From: Comamonadaceae bacterium UBA4962
GTDB taxonomy: Bacteria; Pseudomonadota; Gammaproteobacteria; Burkholderiales; Burkholderiaceae_C
NCBI GenBank assembly: GCA_002397315.1
Contig: DHAE01000015.1
Coordinates: forward strand, 22,869-86,868
Length of the DNA: 64,000 bases
Direction of reading: 5' to 3'
Part shown: in pieces, positions 61,108-64,000 of the stretch
How positions within the stretch are numbered: position 1 is the first letter of the stretch
Layout of the letters: every line of letters begins with the position of its first letter
The notes under the pieces: generated by a model
The model's database searches: none
Told to the model about the DNA's origin: nothing
What the model saw: only the letters and a program-made list of their open reading frames with translations
Made by a program: the position numbers and the translations under genes

Positions 61108-62139
61108 ATGGACTCCCTGACCCAGATCGCCCTTGGCTCCGCCGTCACCCTGGCCGCCATGGGCCGGCGTACCGCGGCGTGGAAGGCCGTGCTGTGGGGC
61201 GCCGTGGCCGGCACGCTGCCCGACCTCGACGCCCTCATCGACCATGGCGATCCGGTGTCCAACATGGTGCTCCACCGGGGCTGGAGCCATTCCCTGCTCT
61301 ACCTGGCCCTGCTGGCCCTGCCCATGGGCTGGATGGCGGCGCGCCTGCACGGGGAATCCGTCCAGTGGAAACGCTGGTGCTGGGCGCTGGGCCTCGCACT
61401 GGTCACCCATCCTCTGCTCGACTGGATGACGGTGTACGGAACGCAGCTGCTGCGCCCCTTCACCGACCAGCCCTACGGCGTGGGCAGCATATTCATCATC
61501 GACCCCCTCTACACCGTGCCGCTCCTCGTGGGCACCATCGCGGCGTTGGCGCTGTCCGGGCGCAGGGGGCTGCGCTGGAACGCCGCAGGCCTGCTGCTCA
61601 GCACCGCCTACCTGGCCTGGAGCGCCATCGCGCAGCAGCACGTCGCCGCGGTGGCGCGAACGTCGCTGGAGGCGATCGGCTGGCCCGCGGGCACCGTGCT
61701 GGTCACGCCCACGCCGTTCAACACCCTCGCCTGGCGCATCGTGGCGATGGCGCCGGACCGCTACGCCGAGGGGTTCTATGCGCTCGCCGACGGCGGCCGG
61801 CCCGTGCACTTCACCGTACACGACCGTGGCCGGGGCCTGATCGACCGCTTCGGCGAACTCGTCCCGGTGCGGCAGGTGGCCGCGTTCAGCCACGGCTTCT
61901 TCCGCATGCGCGAGCAGGGAGGGCGCCTGCACCTCACCGATCTGCGGATGGGCCAGGAGCCCGCCTACACCTTCCACTTCGATCTAGGCACCCCGGCAGA
62001 GGCCGCCGGGGTGCATGGGCCGATCACGCAGTCCTGGCAGCGCCCCGACCCGGCCGTCGCCCTCCCCGCGCTTTGGCGCCGCATCCGCGGCCACGGCGGC
62101 GGCAACGGCCCGTTCGGCACACAGGCGGTGTCGCCGTGA
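61108..62139 (+). CDS. Membrane-bound metal-dependent hydrolase family protein (YbcI/DUF457-like)
   Basis: 343 aa beginning MDSLTQIALGSAV...GTLPDLDALIDHG...HRGWSHSLL, a typical DUF457 N-terminus, followed by several TM segments. Confidence 0.7.
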   Translation: MDSLTQIALGSAVTLAAMGRRTAAWKAVLWGAVAGTLPDLDALIDHGDPVSNMVLHRGWSHSLLYLALLALPMGWMAARLHGESVQWKRWCWALGLALVTHPLLDWMTVYGTQLLRPFTDQPYGVGSIFIIDPLYTVPLLVGTIAALALSGRRGLRWNAAGLLLSTAYLAWSAIAQQHVAAVARTSLEAIGWPAGTVLVTPTPFNTLAWRIVAMAPDRYAEGFYALADGGRPVHFTVHDRGRGLIDRFGELVPVRQVAAFSHGFFRMREQGGRLHLTDLRMGQEPAYTFHFDLGTPAEAAGVHGPITQSWQRPDPAVALPALWRRIRGHGGGNGPFGTQAVSP

Positions 62140-62150
62140 GCCCGCGCACC

Positions 62151-63938
62151 ATGTCCAGCTCCGCCTCCTCCGCCGACGCCGCTTCCGCGGACGCCCCCGC
62201 GTCAGCGTCCGCGGCGCACGGGTTGCGGTTGCGCGTGCTGGTGATGGGATTCCTCGCGCTGGCCATCACCGTCACCTGGGTGATGGTGGCGGTTTCGCTG
62301 CACATCAAGTCGCAGGATGCCCTGCGCGCGCACGAGCGGCAGAACAGCAATCTGGCGCGCGTGCTGCAGGAGCAGACGCTGCGGGTGCTGGCGGCGGCGG
62401 ACCAGGCCACGCTGCGGGTGGCCGCCGAAATCCGCAGCGGCGAATTCACGCCCGAGGACTACGCCCTGTTCGCCAACGAAACCGGCATGGCACCTGACAT
62501 CCTCACCCAGCTCTCGGTGGTGGGCCAGGACGGCCGGTTCAAAGGCAGCAACCTCGACCCGCGCGGCACGAAGAACCACGGCATGGACCTGAGCGGGCGC
62601 GAGCACATCCGCGTGCATCTGCAGCCCGGCGCCGTGCCGGACGGCGCCACGCAGATGACCGCATCGGGCCTGTACGTCGGCAAACCGGTGCTGGGGCTCG
62701 TCTCGGGCCGGTGGACCATGCAGCTCAGCCGCCCCCTGGTCGACCAGGAAGGCCGCCCTGCCGGCGTGGTCGTGGCCTCGCTCGACCCGGGGTACTTCCA
62801 GCAGGTGTACGGCGACGTGGACATCGGCGCGCAGGGCGTGGTGGCGCTCATGGGTGCCGACTTCAATATCCGGGCAAGGGTCGTGGACGGCCAGGCGGAC
62901 GGCATCGGGCAGTCGCTCGAATTCCCGCCCGGCCATCCGCTCGGCGACACGTCGCGGCTGCAGGGCACCTACCAGCGCCTGAGCCACCTGGACGGGCTCG
63001 ACCGCATCACCGCCTTCCACCGCGTGCTCGGCTATCCGCTCAGCGTCGTGGTCTCCACCACCAACGATGCCGCGCTCGCCGAGTGGAAGACCATGCGCAC
63101 GTTCGCGGTGGTCTTCGGGGGGCTGTTCTCGGCCGCGCTGGTCGCGATCGGCGCGGGATTCCTGCAGGGCGTGCGGCAGCTCGAGCGCAAGAACGTCGAA
63201 CTGGCCGCCAGCGAGGCCGAGGCGCGCTCCGCCAACCGCGCCAAGAGCGAATTCCTCACGGCGATCTCGCACGAACTGCGCACGCCGCTCACCAGCATCC
63301 ATGGCTTCGCGGAACTGATGGAGCTGCGGCTGGAACAGCCCTCCTACCGCGAAGCGGCCGGACTCATCCGCAAGGCGGCGGAGCATCTCAACACGCTGCT
63401 GTCCGAGATTCTCGATCTCGCGAAGGCGCAGGCCGGCGCCATGCCGATCGTGCCGGGCGACCATGCCGTGCGCGAACTGGTGCGCACCACGGCGGATCTG
63501 TTCACGATCGCGGCCGGGCAGAAGGGGCTCGATCTCCAGTTGCACGTGGACCCGGGTGTTCCGCAGATTCTCCGGTGCGATGCCGTGCGCCTGCAGCAGA
63601 TCCTCAACAACCTGCTGAGCAACGCGCTCAAGTTCACCGAACGGGGCAGCGTGCGACTGGAGGTGGATGCCGCCAAGGCGGGCACGGTCCGCTTCCACGT
63701 GATCGACACCGGCCCGGGCGTACCCGAGGAGCTGCAGGACACCATCTTCGAGAAGTTCAGCCAGGGCCGTGCCGACACCAGCACGCGGCACGGCGGCACC
63801 GGGCTGGGACTGACCCTGTCGCGCGCCTTGGCCGAGCTCATGGGCGGCCGGCTGGTGGTGGCCTCCGAGGCGGCGGGCGGCGCCCGCTTCACGCTGGAGC
63901 TGCCCCTGCACGCGCCCGAGCCCCCGCCGGCCGGCTGA
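62151..63938 (+). CDS. Sensor histidine kinase with a periplasmic Cache-like domain
   Basis: One TM segment is followed by a periplasmic region of about 270 aa and a second TM segment. The H-box is SEFLTAISHELRTPLTSI, the N-box is LLSNALKFT, and the G-boxes are DTGPGVP and GTGLGLTLS. An alternative GTG start at 62136 overlaps the upstream stop. Confidence 0.9.
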   Translation: MSSSASSADAASADAPASASAAHGLRLRVLVMGFLALAITVTWVMVAVSLHIKSQDALRAHERQNSNLARVLQEQTLRVLAAADQATLRVAAEIRSGEFTPEDYALFANETGMAPDILTQLSVVGQDGRFKGSNLDPRGTKNHGMDLSGREHIRVHLQPGAVPDGATQMTASGLYVGKPVLGLVSGRWTMQLSRPLVDQEGRPAGVVVASLDPGYFQQVYGDVDIGAQGVVALMGADFNIRARVVDGQADGIGQSLEFPPGHPLGDTSRLQGTYQRLSHLDGLDRITAFHRVLGYPLSVVVSTTNDAALAEWKTMRTFAVVFGGLFSAALVAIGAGFLQGVRQLERKNVELAASEAEARSANRAKSEFLTAISHELRTPLTSIHGFAELMELRLEQPSYREAAGLIRKAAEHLNTLLSEILDLAKAQAGAMPIVPGDHAVRELVRTTADLFTIAAGQKGLDLQLHVDPGVPQILRCDAVRLQQILNNLLSNALKFTERGSVRLEVDAAKAGTVRFHVIDTGPGVPEELQDTIFEKFSQGRADTSTRHGGTGLGLTLSRALAELMGGRLVVASEAAGGARFTLELPLHAPEPPPAG

Positions 63939-63975
63939 CGTCCCCCCCCCCTCACCGGCAAGGCGGCCGCGCACG

Positions 63976-64000
63976 AAAAAAAGCCGGCGCACGGGCGCCG
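63976..64000 (-). terminator. Probable Rho-independent terminator for a minus-strand gene beyond the right edge (cut by the window end)
   Basis: The plus strand reads AAAAAAA-GCCGGCGC-acgg-GCGCCG and is then cut by the window end. On the minus strand this is a GC stem followed by T7. Confidence 0.4.

Overview
Very GC-rich (judged by eye, not computed) proteobacterial chromosomal segment. Gene content and order look betaproteobacterial and Comamonadaceae-like, which is an inference. I can support 56 protein-coding genes (one a 5'-truncated fragment), a decayed regulator remnant, a TPP riboswitch, several hairpin terminators and some short repeats. I saw no rRNA, tRNA, CRISPR array, transposase or integrase. 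Most of the window is housekeeping with a strong sulfur theme. This includes sbp plus ssuEADCBF (sulfonate use), tauE-cysI-DUF934-cysDN (sulfate assimilation) followed by fdxA and a ferredoxin-NADP reductase, thiD and thiOSGE behind a TPP riboswitch, metY, egtDB (ergothioneine) and mnmC. A fatty-acid oxidation block (hbd, crotonase, crp-type regulator, APH-like kinase, ACAD) is also present. The stand-out is a co-directional minus-strand cluster at 24.1-33.7 kb. It encodes a Ser/Thr kinase / degenerate cyclase / STAND-ATPase giant protein, a 264-aa protein built from two nitrile-hydratase-leader-like (NHLP) repeats that ends in ...YPFTC, and an LCM-type methyltransferase. It also encodes a fused E1-like/YcaO cyclodehydratase, an FHA plus winged-helix protein, and a 112-aa unknown. 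This looks like a YcaO (TOMM-type) post-translational modification system wired to phospho-signalling. It has no dehydrogenase, protease, exporter or immunity gene, and to my knowledge no product or function is known for it. All family calls come from motifs I recognised by eye; no searches were run.
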